A stretch of DNA of 64,000 bases from Octopus sinensis (GCF_006345805.1 NC_043016.1:15004001-15068000); one strand, 5' to 3'. Shown: positions 24,383 through 39,000, numbered from the stretch's first letter. Made by a program: numbers and translations. Notes: a model not told the origin generated them from the sequence alone.

Positions 24383-24437
24383 ATGGCTGCAAAACTTCTG
24401 TCCGTCGTATATACTACTAACCGAACAATTTCCAATG
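24383..24437 (+). CDS. PEPM: PEP mutase exon 1 (start of putative mitochondrial presequence)
   Basis: ccATGGct start context, MAAKLLSVVYTTNRTISN, then a G|GTaaat phase-1 donor in a repeat-poor region with unusually many CpGs. Joins in frame to the 39154 exon. The assignment rests on phase and protein continuity rather than homology. Confidence 0.65.
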
Positions 24438-27400
24438 GTAAATATTTCCGTTTGTAAGAATTAATTGCTAAGATCTTTTTTCTTTTTTTTTGTTGTTTTA
24501 TTTATTCGCGCACCTTCGTGAACAGCACGAAGCTGTCTGTAATGATACGTTTCATAGCCCACAACATATTCATGACGTTGCTAATTGCTAACAATTATAT
24601 TTTTTAAAAATACATACCCACAAAAGGGGATAATAGTTATATAGATATTTCTGTTTTTAACTCAAAACGTAAATTACTATGGTTTCGGTATTGTTTTTGT
24701 GCAATTAGGGTGTATGAAAATGTTATACGCGAATTATCCTTTGTTTCTGAATTAGGTAAAATAGGAAAAGAAGAGAGAGAGAGAGAAAGAAAAAAAAAAG
24801 ACATCTACTTAAAAAACATGAATGTGCGAGAAAACAACAATTAATAAATATCTGTCTTTTGTTCGGTTTGTTTCCGGACTTCTATGGAGTTAGAATATCC
24901 GATAATTCCTTGATAACGTAATAATACTCGTACCGTAGGGTGGATGGGAGGAATTCGAGATTAATTATGGTTTAGAGCTATAAATAATTACAGCTCTTTG
25001 TATGACTATAGCTAAAATTACAGAGCCGTTGACGCTTGATATGCTACAAATAACAGCTCTCAAACCACACTTTTCTCTTTAAAAAAAAAAAACCCAAAAA
25101 ACTAGAAGTTGTCCAATTAGATTTATATTATAAAGACGCGATGGTCGCAGCTAGAAAGCTTAAGTTTGGCGGCCAAACAACACGAATTTAATTATAAATA
25201 ATTGTCAGAACTGTCTAAATGAAAAAATGACACATCGACTGTCGCTAAGTTGAAGATTTAGTGGTACTTTACTCAGCAGTGGAATTATAATTCCTTATAA
25301 GAATAGAGAGTTTAAGACGATTTGAGAGTTATGAGCACGTGGCATATCGATCCAACTCCAGTCCAAACTTTTTAAATTATAATTCCATTCGCACCATTGA
25401 AGACGCTTTCTTAGCAATATTAAATCAATCCCCTATACCAATCCAGAGAGTGTTCCAACCACGACTGTCCAATGGTAATCTACAAATAACATCAGAATAT
25501 AATGCTCCACTTTCACTATGCCAAACTATAGTTAGTTTCATTTCGTTTAGCAACCGGCAAAGTTCATTTTTTTAAAAAATCTATTTTATTTTTTTTTTAT
25601 CATAGACTTGAAGCATTATTATTTTTTTTTGCGTTACTCATTTTCGTTGTAGAATTATTTTACTAGTCTAACTATGTATCTATTATACACGCACACACAC
25701 ATATACGCGTGTGTGTGTGCGTGTAGTGTGTATATGTAAATACACTACACGTATATCAAGAAAACGTCCCCACCCCCAACGATTTCGTTTCAGAAAAATG
25801 GATGGTTTTTAATGAAATTTCTATAAATGGATACGGTACTAGTAGCGTAGTCGTGGCACATTTGGCAAGTGTCTTCTGCTATAGCCCCGGGCCGACCAAA
25901 GCCTTGTGAGTGGATTTGGTAGACGGAAACTGAAAGAAGCCTGTCGTATATATATATATATGTGTGTGTGTGTATGTTTGTGTGTCTGTGTTTGTCCCCC
26001 TAGCATTGCTTGACAACCAATGCTGGTGTGTTTACGTCACCGTCACTTAGCGGTTCGGCAAAAGAGACCGATAGAATAAGTACTGGGCTTACAAAGAATA
26101 AGTCCCGGGGTCGATTTGCTCGACTAAAGGCGGTGCTCCAGCATGGCCGCAGTTAAATGACTGAAACAAGTAAAAGAGTAGGTGGATATCGGGCTCGACT
26201 CAATACTTTGGGTGGAGGGACACCACTGACTTTTGCTGGTCTTGAATAAATTCCATCGGTCATATGTTGAGTTCTGATTGTCAGGAAACATTTAATTCAC
26301 TTAGGCGCGGTCCCAGGAATCTTTCGAAGAGAGGGCACGAGGTCAAAAGGGAATACAATTCCAGGATAAAAGGGTGTAATAACATTATTTAGAAGGGTGC
26401 ACTTCTTTTCTTGGGTGGGGTACGTGCCCCTCAGGCCTCCACTCCCTCCTTGGATCCGCCCCTGCCACTACAGTACCTTTCCACGGATTCCAGTGTTGGA
26501 TAATATAATTAGCAGAATGCTATGGGTGGCTTTGTCTAAATCAGAGGTTCTTCAACCGGGCTCCATATGGCTTTTGGGGGATCTGTATAAGATTTTTGGG
26601 AGTCTTCGCTGGCAAAAAGTAAATTGGGGATCCACAATAGGGTCTGTAAAATGTTTTGATGTAAATGTGTCTATTGCAAGAAACACGTTTCGGTAACTAT
26701 TTCGTAAAGGACCCGTTCGCAAGTTTTTGTTTTCTTTTCCAGGTTCTTTCGCATTCTTTCGATGAACCTCAATCTTCCTCATCTTGATATTTTCACAGAG
26801 AAATATCGGTGGGTCCTTTATCGCAAAAAGCTGTTACGCGGTAGCAAAACGTGCTAGAAATACCAGCCAAATTCTTTCCTTTTCTGTAGAAAGGAGCTGT
26901 ATACGAGTGATTTCGATGTCACATTCGTTGAAAGCATGTGAAATAACCTGGAAAAGAAAAAGAAACCCGCGAAACAAAACTCCCACCACCCTCCCCTTTC
27001 TTTTCCGGGAAAAAGTGGTTTGTGGCAGGTTTGGTGGTCAGATACGTTGAATGCACTCAAAAAAAGTGTAGAAAAAAATTATTTCAAACCGAGGTACGAA
27101 ATATTTATGGAAGTGTGTACAAAATTAGTTTTTAAACATCGAATGGCTGTGGGAGTCCACCAGAATAATATAGTGAACGAAGGGGTCCGCAGATAAAAAA
27201 AAAAATGGTTGTGTCACTGGTCTAAAGCTTGTCGAAGTAAATGACATCTATGTTGTAGCTCCCTAGCTAAGTATACGGAATGCCATCTAAGTGGTGCAGG
27301 GACTGTGATTGACAGTCTCTGTCACCGACGATTTTTCTCGAGGCACCCAGTGGTTAGGACAGCGGACTCGCGGTTTCGATTCCCAGACCGGGCGTTGTGA

Positions 27401-28363
27401 GTGTTTATTGAGTGAAAACATCTAAAGCTCCACGAGGCTCCAGCAGGGGGTATTCGCGAACCCAGCTGTACTCTTTCACCTCAACTTTCACTTTTTCTTC
27501 CTGTTTCTATTGTATCTGTATTTCAGAGGGCCAGACTTGTCACATTCTGTGTCACGCTGAATCTCCCCCAAGAACTACCTTAAGGGTACATGTGTCTGTG
27601 GAGTGCTCAGCCACTTGCACGTTAATTTCACGTCTTCGTAAACGACGGGGTGCCACAATATAATGCTATAATGTCTGTGCGATGGACTCTGCTGTCGACT
27701 GCGATGTGTATGCATCCATTGGCTGTTCGACCAGACAAGACACACTATTCATTGAATTAGTGTGCGAAGAGTCTGAGTATTTCATAGACATAAGTACCCT
27801 TAACGTAATTCTTGGGTAGAATCAACGTGACACGGTGAGGCAAGGCTGTACCTTATATGCACACCCAACACTTATCACCAGTTTGACAAAGTGAAAGTGA
27901 AGCGTTAGCCCAAATTGTCTTCTCTTTTTTTTGAGTAAGTAGGTTGTTGTTTAAAGGGAATATGGTTGCTTCTAGCAACGGTTCGTTGTTGTGTAGCCTC
28001 GGCTGAGTTATATGTCATCCAAATCGGTCAACCGAACGATAAATCACCACATACATAACTGTCTTCCTTGTTAAATAAGGTCACCGTTTAAAACAAAGAC
28101 CATACTACACTACACTGTGACATGCAGGGAAGAGTCTATGGAGTGCAGTGTGTTAATCTGTGAAAGTTGCTCTCACTCCATTATCCAGTTTATTTCGGTG
28201 CACCCGTAATTTATGGTGATGACTACACAGTGGTATATCATTTGCTTTGCCCGTCCTGTGCATTAACCAGTTACCCACTCCCTTAAACATACCTTAAAAT
28301 ACAACAAATCGCGTTCTATTCACCCCGCTAATATCACGTCCTGTTATTGTGTTCGCAGTTGAA

Positions 28364-28905
28364 CTAGGGGGCGGAATTCTCTTTTAAGCACCCCATATGA
28401 CTTCTCATAACTTGGGGGGGGGGGGGATTTTCAGTAAAATTTTGCGAATTTGTCTTCTAAACACGGGAATTCATACAATTGTGAAAAAAAAATTGTATGT
28501 ATGATTTAAGAGCGAGATAGCTAGTGTTTTTGCACATCCCACGACTACCTGATACCTTCCTAGTTTCTTTGCCACTCTGACATGGATTAATGTTTTTCAA
28601 TATATATTCCTTTTCTCCCTATAAATATATTTAATGGAATACTGATGCACTTCAAAGTGGTTCAATGTTGGGATTTAAGCCAAGTATTCGATCTGCCGTA
28701 CTTTAAACTTCGGGAAAAAAAATCGAAAAAGTGGAAATTTTAGGATTCGTGGTTGGAGGGACGCTTTAAAAAAATTTCGTTTTTAATAATCGTCTGAATT
28801 CCCGTGTGAAGAATACAATTTCGCAAAAAATTCCTGAAAATTCCTCAAAATAGAAAAAAGGTTATGAGGGATTATATTGGGTACCTAAACCAGAATTCCG
28901 CCTAA
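28364..28905. mobile_element. MITE/fold-back element with long imperfect inverted arms
   Basis: ggcggaattct / agaattccgcc termini. 28425-28472 is an imperfect reverse complement of 28795-28843. Confidence 0.45.
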
Positions 28906-29819
28906 GTGGGAAAAGTTGACTCAATCAGAGCGCAACAGTTGTCATTTCCCAGCCCTTACTATTCAGTGGTGTGCATCCTAGTAGAGTGTTTGAGACCAGT
29001 GACTCTATTAAAATTGCTGCTATTTCCAAGATATAAACCACCCTGCTTTTATGCTTTGTTCTGGCTAAGAAAGGGATAAATGATTTTTTTTTTTTTAAAG
29101 GTGTTTGTAAGTGTGTGTGAACGGGTTGTTGGACGTGGTTTTTAATGCTGTGACAGAGACTGCAGGCATTACAATTCGGGAAACATCAAACTCATCTTTT
29201 TGCATATCCAAGTGGCTTTACATTCTTGTGTTAATGTTTCGGTGCGTGCGTGTGTATAAATTCTTATGGTGCATAGCGTGCGATTTTTTTATTCTTCGAA
29301 GTTTATTGTGGTTTTGTTACGGAGAGGTAGCGGGGGTACAGGGTAGGATTGATAGATCATGATGAATTTAATGTCTTGTTTGTACACCTTTGTATTTTTT
29401 ACATATTTCGCTCTTATGTTTGCACATTTTTTTTTTTTATGGAGGTTGTGAGGAATTTGTATGTAACTTTTAGTACCTTGTCTTTGGTGTTCTATGTTAT
29501 TTCTTCTGGGAGTTGGTAGAAATCATGTCTTTTGACTTCACATTGATAAATAAAGTACTACTCTATGGAGAACTTTTGGAATAGTTGTCCTCAAAACCCT
29601 TATATCAAGAGGATAAAAAGGAGTAGTGTTTGGGGTTTTTTTAAATGTTTTTTAAAAGTATTTCTCTGTTTCATGCAACACAATTCTGAACAATTCAGAA
29701 CAATTTTCTTCCAAAAATTTCAGTTTTCCCTCTCCCACTTTTACCTTCCCCTTGAGTGTAGGACTTCCAAGGAAGTTGTTCCAAAAATCTGCCCGCTCCT
29801 CCTCCTCCTCAGCACCACC

Positions 29820-29851
<32 letters not shown>

Positions 29852-31559
29852 TGGCAACCTGGAAGAATCGTTAGCATACCTGGCAAAATGCTTCGCAGTA
29901 TTTCGCCTGTCTTGGTTCAAATTCCATTAAGGTTGAATTTTTGAATTTGCCTTTCGTCCTTTCAGGCTTGATATAACATAAGTACCAGTCAAGAACTGAA
30001 CTCAATGAAATCAACTAGCTCCCTCTTTATAGTAGAAGCAGTTATTATTATTATTATTAAAGTGGTAACCAGACAAAATTGTTAGCATGTTGGTCAAAAT
30101 GCTGAGTGGTATTTCTTGGGCGGCGAGCTGGCAGAAACGTTAGCGCGCCGGGCGAAATGCTTAGCAGTATTTCGTCTGCCGCTACGTTCTGAATTCAAAT
30201 TCCGCCAAGGTAGACTTTGCCTTTTATCCTTTCGGGGTCGATTAAATAAGTACCAGCTACGCACTGGCGGTCGATGTAATCGACTTAATCCGTTTGTCTG
30301 TCCTTTCTGTGTTTAGCCCCTTGTGAGTAGTTAAAGAAATAGGTATTTCTTGGGCCTTTTTGTCTTCTGAGTGCAAATGCCACTAAGGTCAAATTTACCT
30401 TTTGATATTCGTAAAATAAGCACTGGTCAAGCACTGAGGTTGATATAATCCACTTGTGACCTCCTCTAAAATTGCTGGCTTTGTGCCGAAAATTATAAAG
30501 AATTATTAAAAAGAAGGAGATGAAGGAATTATTAGTGAGAAGGAGATTGTGAATTTGGTTAATGCAGCAATTTCTGGAGAAATGCAGGAAGATGTGTGTG
30601 TGTGTGTCTAATGTCATCATTGTATGAGACTGTGTATGTTTTGTGTGGAACATGAAAAAGTCATTAAGTTATAGGTTGAAATAATCTTTTCTACTCTAGG
30701 CCTGAAATTTTGGGGGAGGGGCCAGTCAATTAGATTGACCTCAGTGCACAACTGGTACTTAACTTATCAACGTCGAAAGGATGAAAGGCAAAATCGACCT
30801 TGGCAGAGTTTGAACTCAGAACACAAAGACAGATGAAATACCTATTTCGTTACTACCCACAAGGAGCTAAACACAGAGGGCACAAACAAGGACAGACAAA
30901 TGGTCGATTCCATCGACCCCGGTGCATAACTGGTACATAATTTATCAACCCTGAAAGAATGAAAGGCAAAGTCAACCTCGGTGGAATTTGAACTCAGAAC
31001 GTAATGGCAGACGAAATATGGCTACGCATTTCGCCCGGCGTGCTAACGTTTCTGCCAGCTGGCCGCCTTTATTGGCTGAAAAAATGAGTGCAAAATGAGA
31101 GGATGATCCTTGTGGTTCTCCATTGAAGAAATTAGAGGATCTGCAAGTATTGTTCTTGTGCATGGCATCAGCTTGGCTGTCTGACATCTTGTTTACTAAC
31201 CAGACTACCCCCTTAACCCTTTAGCATTTAATCCCACCGTATCTGGCCAAAATATTCTACTTGTTTTATGTTTAAACTGACCACACCTACCTTACAATAT
31301 CATTCTAAAAATATACAATCGCAGCATTGAAATCTTGAAGCTACAAGACAATGCGTGATTAAATCAAGACAATGTAAGTAAATGAACCTTATATTTTACA
31401 AAGAATTCTGAATTCTAAGACATTAGACATTAAGGGAGTGTTCAGTACATTTGCTGTTCTTTTTCTTTCTTTTTTTTTTTTAATGAATGGTGAGCAGAGA
31501 ATGGAGTTGAAGGCTTTGTTAATATTAATAGGAATTAAAACATTGTGTCGTTTTTTTTT

Positions 31560-32700
31560 TGTTTGTTTTTTCCATTATTATAACAACCATGTATTTTTTG
31601 TGTTAAATTTGTTTGTAATGGGTGGCTGAATGTAGCAGTCTGAATCCATATTGTGATTTGGTGAACAGAAAATGTGCGGAAGTGATGTAAAAAGATTAGT
31701 TTTCTTAGAACTTCTGAAAATATGCATAGGAGGGTGATGGGTTTGTGTGATGATACTTGGGCATTTGTTGGACTTTAGAATTGCAACAGTTTTATCCAGC
31801 TTCCAGATTATGGGAATTTAACAATTTTCTAAGCAAAGTGGTGAATTCAGTGACTCCTTCAGGCTGTAGGTATTTAAAGTGTATGGGTGTGATTCAGTCT
31901 GGCCCTGAGGTCTTTGAGATTTTAGGTTTCTCTGTGTCCTTTTCTGTTTCTGTTGAAAGAAGGGAATTTTCCTTTCCCATGAAATATGGGACTTGATGGC
32001 CAGCTATTGTAAAATTTCACTGAGATTTTTACATCTGTTAGCCTGTCCAATTTTTAGTGGTTTATTCTTGTACCACTCCTAACACTTTAGTAGACAAGAA
32101 AGATTGCAGCTCAGTAACGAACAACAGCTTTAATACATCAGACGATCTTGGCCTAATTGTTTGCCAATAGTATTTTAGCTACAATCATTCAATTGTATGG
32201 CTCTGAATGGAAATTTCCATGAGTTTCTCACCAAAACATGGCTGTAAATTGAGATGAATGCCACACATTAGACAGAAGCAGCAGAAGTCCATAAGAAAAC
32301 AAGTTTCTTGGTCACTGCTCAACCCCAGGTTAAAAAGAAATCATTTGTCTACCATGAACACAGAATTTTCTTGCTTCTCACAACATGAAGACACAGATAT
32401 TTTTCCTAGCAAGTATGTAGTCATATCTCTAGTAATAAAGGTTTATCTAGATGCTTCTGGCATACAGCTTACCCTTGGCAGAAGCCTCTGTTTATATTTC
32501 TGTAAATAAATGGTTTCCTTGAAAACATCAAATGAACTTGGTTTTGATATGGTAACAGCACACCCAGAATCAGCCCTACCAATTATTCAACATCCATTTG
32601 ATCAAGTTCCTAAAAGTATCTCTTAAGATCCTTTTTAATGTTACAGCAATTAGCGTTGTTATTAGCATTATTAAGGTAATAATCAAGTATTTATGAAAGG
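31560..32700 (-). mobile_element. Possible highly decayed Penelope-like reverse transcriptase relic
   Basis: Minus-strand LAIKSHISWERKIPFF loosely resembles the PLE RT segment (H)PSIKFTxExE...LPFLD. Many stops; weak evidence. Confidence 0.3.
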
Positions 32701-35700
32701 AATCCAGCAAGTGTGATGCAAAAAATATTGTTGATAGAAAGAGGGAGATAATTCTAAATGAAGTTCTGAAAATTTAACATTCTACTACTATTCCTTGAAT
32801 TTGGTGCCTGACTATTCTTTATTCCATACAAGAATAGTTTTGCTTATAGTATCTCACTAATAGTTTCATTCAACACTTAGCATTATGTGATCTACTATAA
32901 TAGTTTCTAAATAAATTCCATAGATTTTTTGGTTGTTATTTCAGGTAGCTTTGATCTTTATCCAGCAGTGCTATGGAAGAAGCACATCACTTAACTGGCT
33001 TTTAACATTTTTTTTTTTTGAAAATTTCATTGAAATTATATACTTCTAACATGAAAGACTATGACAATTGAAAAAAAATTTTTAATTTATTTTATCCTCA
33101 CTTCTTACAACAATTATAACAACTCTGCCACAAATTTTTTCGAAGCTTTCAAATAGAAAATAAAAGAAAAAAGAAAGAGGAGAAAGAAAATGAAAGTCAC
33201 ACAATGAATTGTATATTTTTCATTTTGAAATATTTCTATTTCAAATTCTTGACTCTAGGATATTTGACAAAATTAATTATTTTGTTCATAACGACATTGG
33301 AATTATGGCATTAACAATCATTTGGAATAAACATTATTATCCAATCTTATCATCTGCATTCAATTTCTTGGATATCAACAAAAAAAATTTTACAAATAAG
33401 CCATTGCATTTGAAAAAAGAAAATTTATAAACGAATCATTATGAATTTTACTAAAATATCTGACATATTTCTATTTTATTTTCCATCTTTCATGTTATTG
33501 TCTTAATTTGATAACAAATTAATTTGATTTAAAAGAAAATGTTTCAGAGCTTTTACTGTCTGAAACAGACTTACTTTCTTTTTCAAAATAAAACAAACGG
33601 TAAATGTTGTCTATTTTGAAATAAAAATTCAGCAGTTCACTATACTTTGTGTTGTTGTGAGAAAATATACATAACGTTTTCATTTTTGGCTTTTTCTGAA
33701 ATTTCTTTTTTTTTTTTTTCACTGTCTCAAAAATGCAAAAGAAGTTAAAAATGAAAAGGTTACAAGGAGGGGGATTTTAAAACTTCAACATCTTTTTTTT
33801 TATGTAGAATGTTGACTTTCGAAAACATAGAAATCTAGAATTCTTGAAAAAAGTTAATAAACAAGTTATAGCCAGATCAGTGATGCGTTTATTCCAAAAC
33901 TCTGCTCATTCTTCATTTTTATTTTGCATTTGAATTTTTCTTTCTAAAGCTGAAGCTTCTTTCTATGTTTGATAAGTAAAACCAAACTAGCACACTAAAT
34001 TCAACTCCTACTTTTTCAATCTACCTTTTGTTGTTCATGTTTCCACCGAGCTGCGTATGTGACTGTGGACTACTATAAGACATGGAGGTTACAAATATTA
34101 AATATAAAAAAAGTCAACAGGGTCCCCATTGACAAATATTGTTCATTTGAAAAAGATGATAGTTTGCTAATCTAGACTCTGACTTTCCTTTTCTACTGGG
34201 GCCATTACAATTGAATTTTATACTCATTGCTAGAAAATGGTTTCAGGCCTGCCACTCCATTGGTTACAGTGATGAGGGTTCCAGTTGATCTGACCAATGG
34301 AACAGCCTGCTCATGAAATTAACATGCAAGTGGCTGAGAACTCCACAGACACACAACATACCCTTAACATAGATCTCAAGAAGATTCAGCATGACACAGA
34401 ATGTGAAAAAGCTGGCCCTTTGAAAAACAGGTGCTACACATTTTTGCCAGCTGAGTGGACTGGAGCAACATGAAATAAAGTGTCTTGCTTAAGGACACAA
34501 CATGCTGATGGGAATCAAACTCACAGCCTTATAATCTTGAGGCAAAGGCCCTTAACCATTTATCCATGTGCACTCACTGGTTTCAGATTTAGGCCTATAA
34601 AAATGATTTCTAACATAGACACAGTTACAATCAATATAATCACCTACACTATTGGACCGGTGCTTATTTACATCAACACCAGAATGAAGAAAGACAAAGA
34701 CAACAACTGAGAAATGTAACTAAATACTTACTACAAAATAAACCCCCCCCCCCGACTCTGCCAATTTTGCCTTGCATCAATCATAATAATCCTTTCTACT
34801 ATAGGCACAAGCCCTGGAATTTGGTGGGTGGGGTGGGGGAATCAATTACATTGACCCCAGTGTGTAACTGACATTTAATCAACCCCGAATGGATGAAAGA
34901 CAAAGACAACCTTGGCGGAATTTGAACTCAAAACATAAAGATGGACAGAATGCTGCTAAGCATTTTGCCTGGTGTGCTAATGATTCTGCCAGCTTGCCTC
35001 CTTGCATCAATTGTAATAATAATAATAAAACTAAATCAGGACAAAATGTGGCATAGGGAGCTTTGATGTGGCAGCTTGACCTCCTAGAATTAGCAGACTA
35101 ATATTCCTCATATCATATCTCTGACTATCTTAAGAGAAAGAAGGATACATTAGACAATGTGGGTCCAGATATTCATTAACCCTTCAGCATTCAGATTAGT
35201 CTGTCAAATGTAATGTTTATTGATTCACATTGTTTTGAATTAATCCTGCCTTATTTCATAGCTTCCAGATTCCAGTTGTATGATTATTTATAGAATGGTA
35301 TTGTAGGGCAGTTCCAAGATAAAAAGGGTAGAATATTTGGGCTGGATATTATCAGTTTAAGCTGACAATATCCAGTTTAATGGATTATGTTCCAGGCTTA
35401 ATATATTTGTTGTATCAGAGTTAAATAACAACAATGCTTAGCCAAAATACTGTCAGTGGGGAAACTGAGAGGGAAATCAAAGCTGGTCTCCAATCTTAAC
35501 TAGAAGATTGCTTGCAATGAGTGATAAAAACTGCAAAAATTTTCAAACATTTGTTGAAATGATTCTTATTAAAATGTATTTGAAAATGCAAAAAGAAAAA
35601 ATTAATTGCACATTGCAAATTGCAAATTGCATTTGGCAATGAGATTACTTGGTGACCTCACTTCTGTAGTGCCATGTAAAAAGCAACCAGTACACTCTGT

Positions 35701-35734
35701 AAAATGGTTGGGATTAGGAAAGGCATTAGGCCTT

Positions 35735-36040
35735 AGAGACCATGTCAAAGCAAGCAGTAGGGCTTGGTGTACTCCTCTGGCTTGCCAGCTCCTGCCAAAC
35801 TGTCCAAGCCATGCTAGCATGGACAGTGGACTTTGGATAATGATGATGATGGTAGTGGTGGTGGTGGTAATGGCAGCAGCAACAGCAGTGGTATTGGTGG
35901 CACTGCTGCTTCCACTCCACCATCCTTATCATCATCCTCCAAAGTCCATTGTCCATGCTAGAATGGCTTGGACAGTTTGGCAGGAGCTGGCAAGCCAGAG
36001 GAGTGTGCCAAGCTCTACAGCCTGCTTTGGCATAGTTTCA
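35735..36040. repeat. About 115-bp inverted repeat pair (tail-to-tail RTE 3' UTR remnants)
   Basis: actcctctggcttgccagctcctgccaaactgtccaagccat (from 35771) is exactly reverse-complemented at about 35963-36004. Confidence 0.85.
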
Positions 36041-39000
36041 TGCGGTGGCATGCAAGCTAACATTCTATGTGCAGTGAACTAAAGCATGAAGAAAAATATT
36101 AAGGAATTAAACTAACAGTTTCCTTTGAATGTAACGATTTACTGAATCGTAATCAAAGAGATAATAAAAATAGCAGCAGAAGGACAGCCATTGAAAGACA
36201 AAGAAGCCACCAGACAGAATGTCTTACAGCATTTAATTATATACTTTTATGTGGAGGTGCAATGGCCCAGTGGTTAGGGAAGCGAACTCACGGTCATTGG
36301 ATTGCAGTTTCGATTAAAAGCAGACTCCAATGGTTTGCTCCAAATGCTGACATGTAAAACATGGTGAACAATTATAAGAAATTGTCACCAATAAACTTAT
36401 TAATGTATGATTTTCTGATTCTGCTCATCACTCACTATATTAACCTCTAACTTCTCCTCCACCTCTTTACCCCCCCCTTATAAAAGTATTCACTCTCTCA
36501 TCCCCCTCCCCTGACCCACTGTCTGTAGCCTCCCTTATACCCACCTTCTTATACCATGACAGTTTGCCCTGGTACTCCACACTACATTCCTGTTATCTCC
36601 TTCACCCATCTATCTTCTCTACAGCAAGACACTTGTACTTGTCCTTCTGTCTTACTTGAACATTTAAACACCTGACATAAAACCATCCATCCCCATCTTC
36701 CTCTCCCAAACACTTCCTCTTTGTAGTAGGAGCTATTTTTCTCTTTTTTTCTCTGTTCTTTTCTGTCTTGCAAATTACATGACAACCTCACTAGTGCTGG
36801 TGCCACATAAAAAGCACCCCGATACTACTTTGTAAAGTGGTTGGCATTAGGAAGGGCATCCAGCCATAATAACCAAGATAAGGATGATAATGGAGCCTGA
36901 TGCAGCCCTACAGCTCACCAGTTCCCTTTCAAATTGTCCAACAGCATGGAAAGTGAACATTAAATAATAATGATGGTGGTAGTGGTGGTGGCGGTGCTGC
37001 TGCTACACATTTTTGAACAGTTCATATTCTTATACTAAAACATTGTTAAATACAGTTAAAGATCATGGCAAAAAATTTGAAGGTTGTTCTTGTTAGTGTT
37101 ATCAGATTTGGTTTGGTTGTACACTGCCAAATAGCTTCAGGGAGATTCAGCATGGCATAGAATGTGACACGGTTGGTCCTTTGAATTATGAATACAACTC
37201 AATTTTGGTAACTGAGTGGACTTGGAGCAATGTGAAGTAATAAAGTGCCTTGCTCAAGGACACAATGCTGCTGTAGATCTGATCTATATTTTTTATTTTA
37301 TATATAAGGCGGCGAGCTGGCAGAAACGTTAGCATGCCAGGCGAAATGCGTAGCCGTATTTCGTCTGCCGTTACGTTCTGGGTTCAAATTCCGCCGTGGT
37401 CGACTTTGCCTTTCATCCTTTCGGGGTTGATAAATTAAGTACCAGCTATGCACTGGGGTTGATGTAATCGATTAATCCGTTTGTCTGTCCTCGTTTGTCC
37501 CCTCTGTGTTTAGCTCCTTGTGGGTAGTAAAGAAATATATATTTTTTATTTTGATAGGACTCCTATCAATTTAGATCAGACGAAAACGTTTATCAAAGAT
37601 AACCTTTAGTCTGTGATAGTAATCCTTAAAATAAGTAGATTCAAGCCCATTGTTAGAGTCTTTGTAGATGAATGATTGTTTTGGGATCAGTTCAAATGTC
37701 CGTGTGTCAGAGCTGTTTGGCATCACGTTTGATCTGATATGGTTGTCTTCTCTAAGTGATGTCTCTTAAATCTCTGTTATGTGAATCATCTTGAATCATT
37801 TTGCTTGATAAGTGAGGCTCTGCTTTTTTTCTTGATGTCATCTCTTTCGTGATGGCTGGCACCTCAGAAATCGAGATGCTGCCCACTAAAATGAAGAGTA
37901 GATGTTTACTTACGTACAGTATTAGGCTTGAACTCATCTATGGATACAAACAGGGATGAAATGTTGATTAAACTACTGAAACTCAGAAACAAGTTAAAAA
38001 CGAAATGTTTTTAAAAGGTTGGGTGAAGGCTTTTGTGGTTTGTCTTTTATCTGATTAAAAAAAAAAACAAAAAAAAAACAATCAAAGAATTTTTTCCCAT
38101 TTCTTTCATCTTTATTTGTTCCAGTCACTGAACTGCAGCCATGCAACAGGTCTGCCTTGAAGGGTTTTAGTCAAAAGAAAGGGATTCCAGAACTTGTTCT
38201 TAAGTCTGGCACTTATTTTGTTGTTTTCTTTTGCTGAACCACTAAGTTATGGGGACATAAACAAACCAACACTGATGTCAAGTAGTGATGAGGAACAAAC
38301 ACAAACAAACAAACAAAAACACAGAGACACACATGACAGGCTTCTTCCAGTTTCCATCTATCAAATCCACTCACACAGCTTGAGCCAGGCCAAAGCTTTA
38401 GTAGAAAACTCTTGCCCATCTTTGAAAAGTACCATGATATCTTTTCTGCTAATAAAGCAATGAGTAAATGTGGTTATTCTTTCAGAGTAACAATTTCCAA
38501 AAGTTGATGACATTGACTAAACTTGTAGCTATGTTGTAAGTTGATTACTGTAGTCTTGTTTAGGATGGCACCAACAATTAATAGAATATCTCTTTTGATA
38601 TTCTATAGAAAAATAGTTGGAGGTTAAGTAAAACAGTGTTAAGAGATTAGCCTTTTAGCATTCAGCTTTGTCTATCAAACATGAAGATTATTTGCCAGTG
38701 CCCCCTGACTGGCTCCTGTACCGGTGGCACATAAAAAACACTACCCAAATGTGAATGATGCCAAGCCCACCTGACCGGTTCCTAAAGTACTGGGGTCAAT
38801 GTAATTGACTATACCCACCCCACAAATTTCAGGCCTTGTCCCTATAATAGAAAAGATTATTTGTAGAACTTTCACTTGTCACCACTTCTCCATTTAACAC
38901 AGAAAATGTGTATGTGTAATATGATTATATACAGAGAGATATGATGTGAGATGATATTATTATTTAGCTTCATCAGAGCGATACCAATAACTTGTTATTA

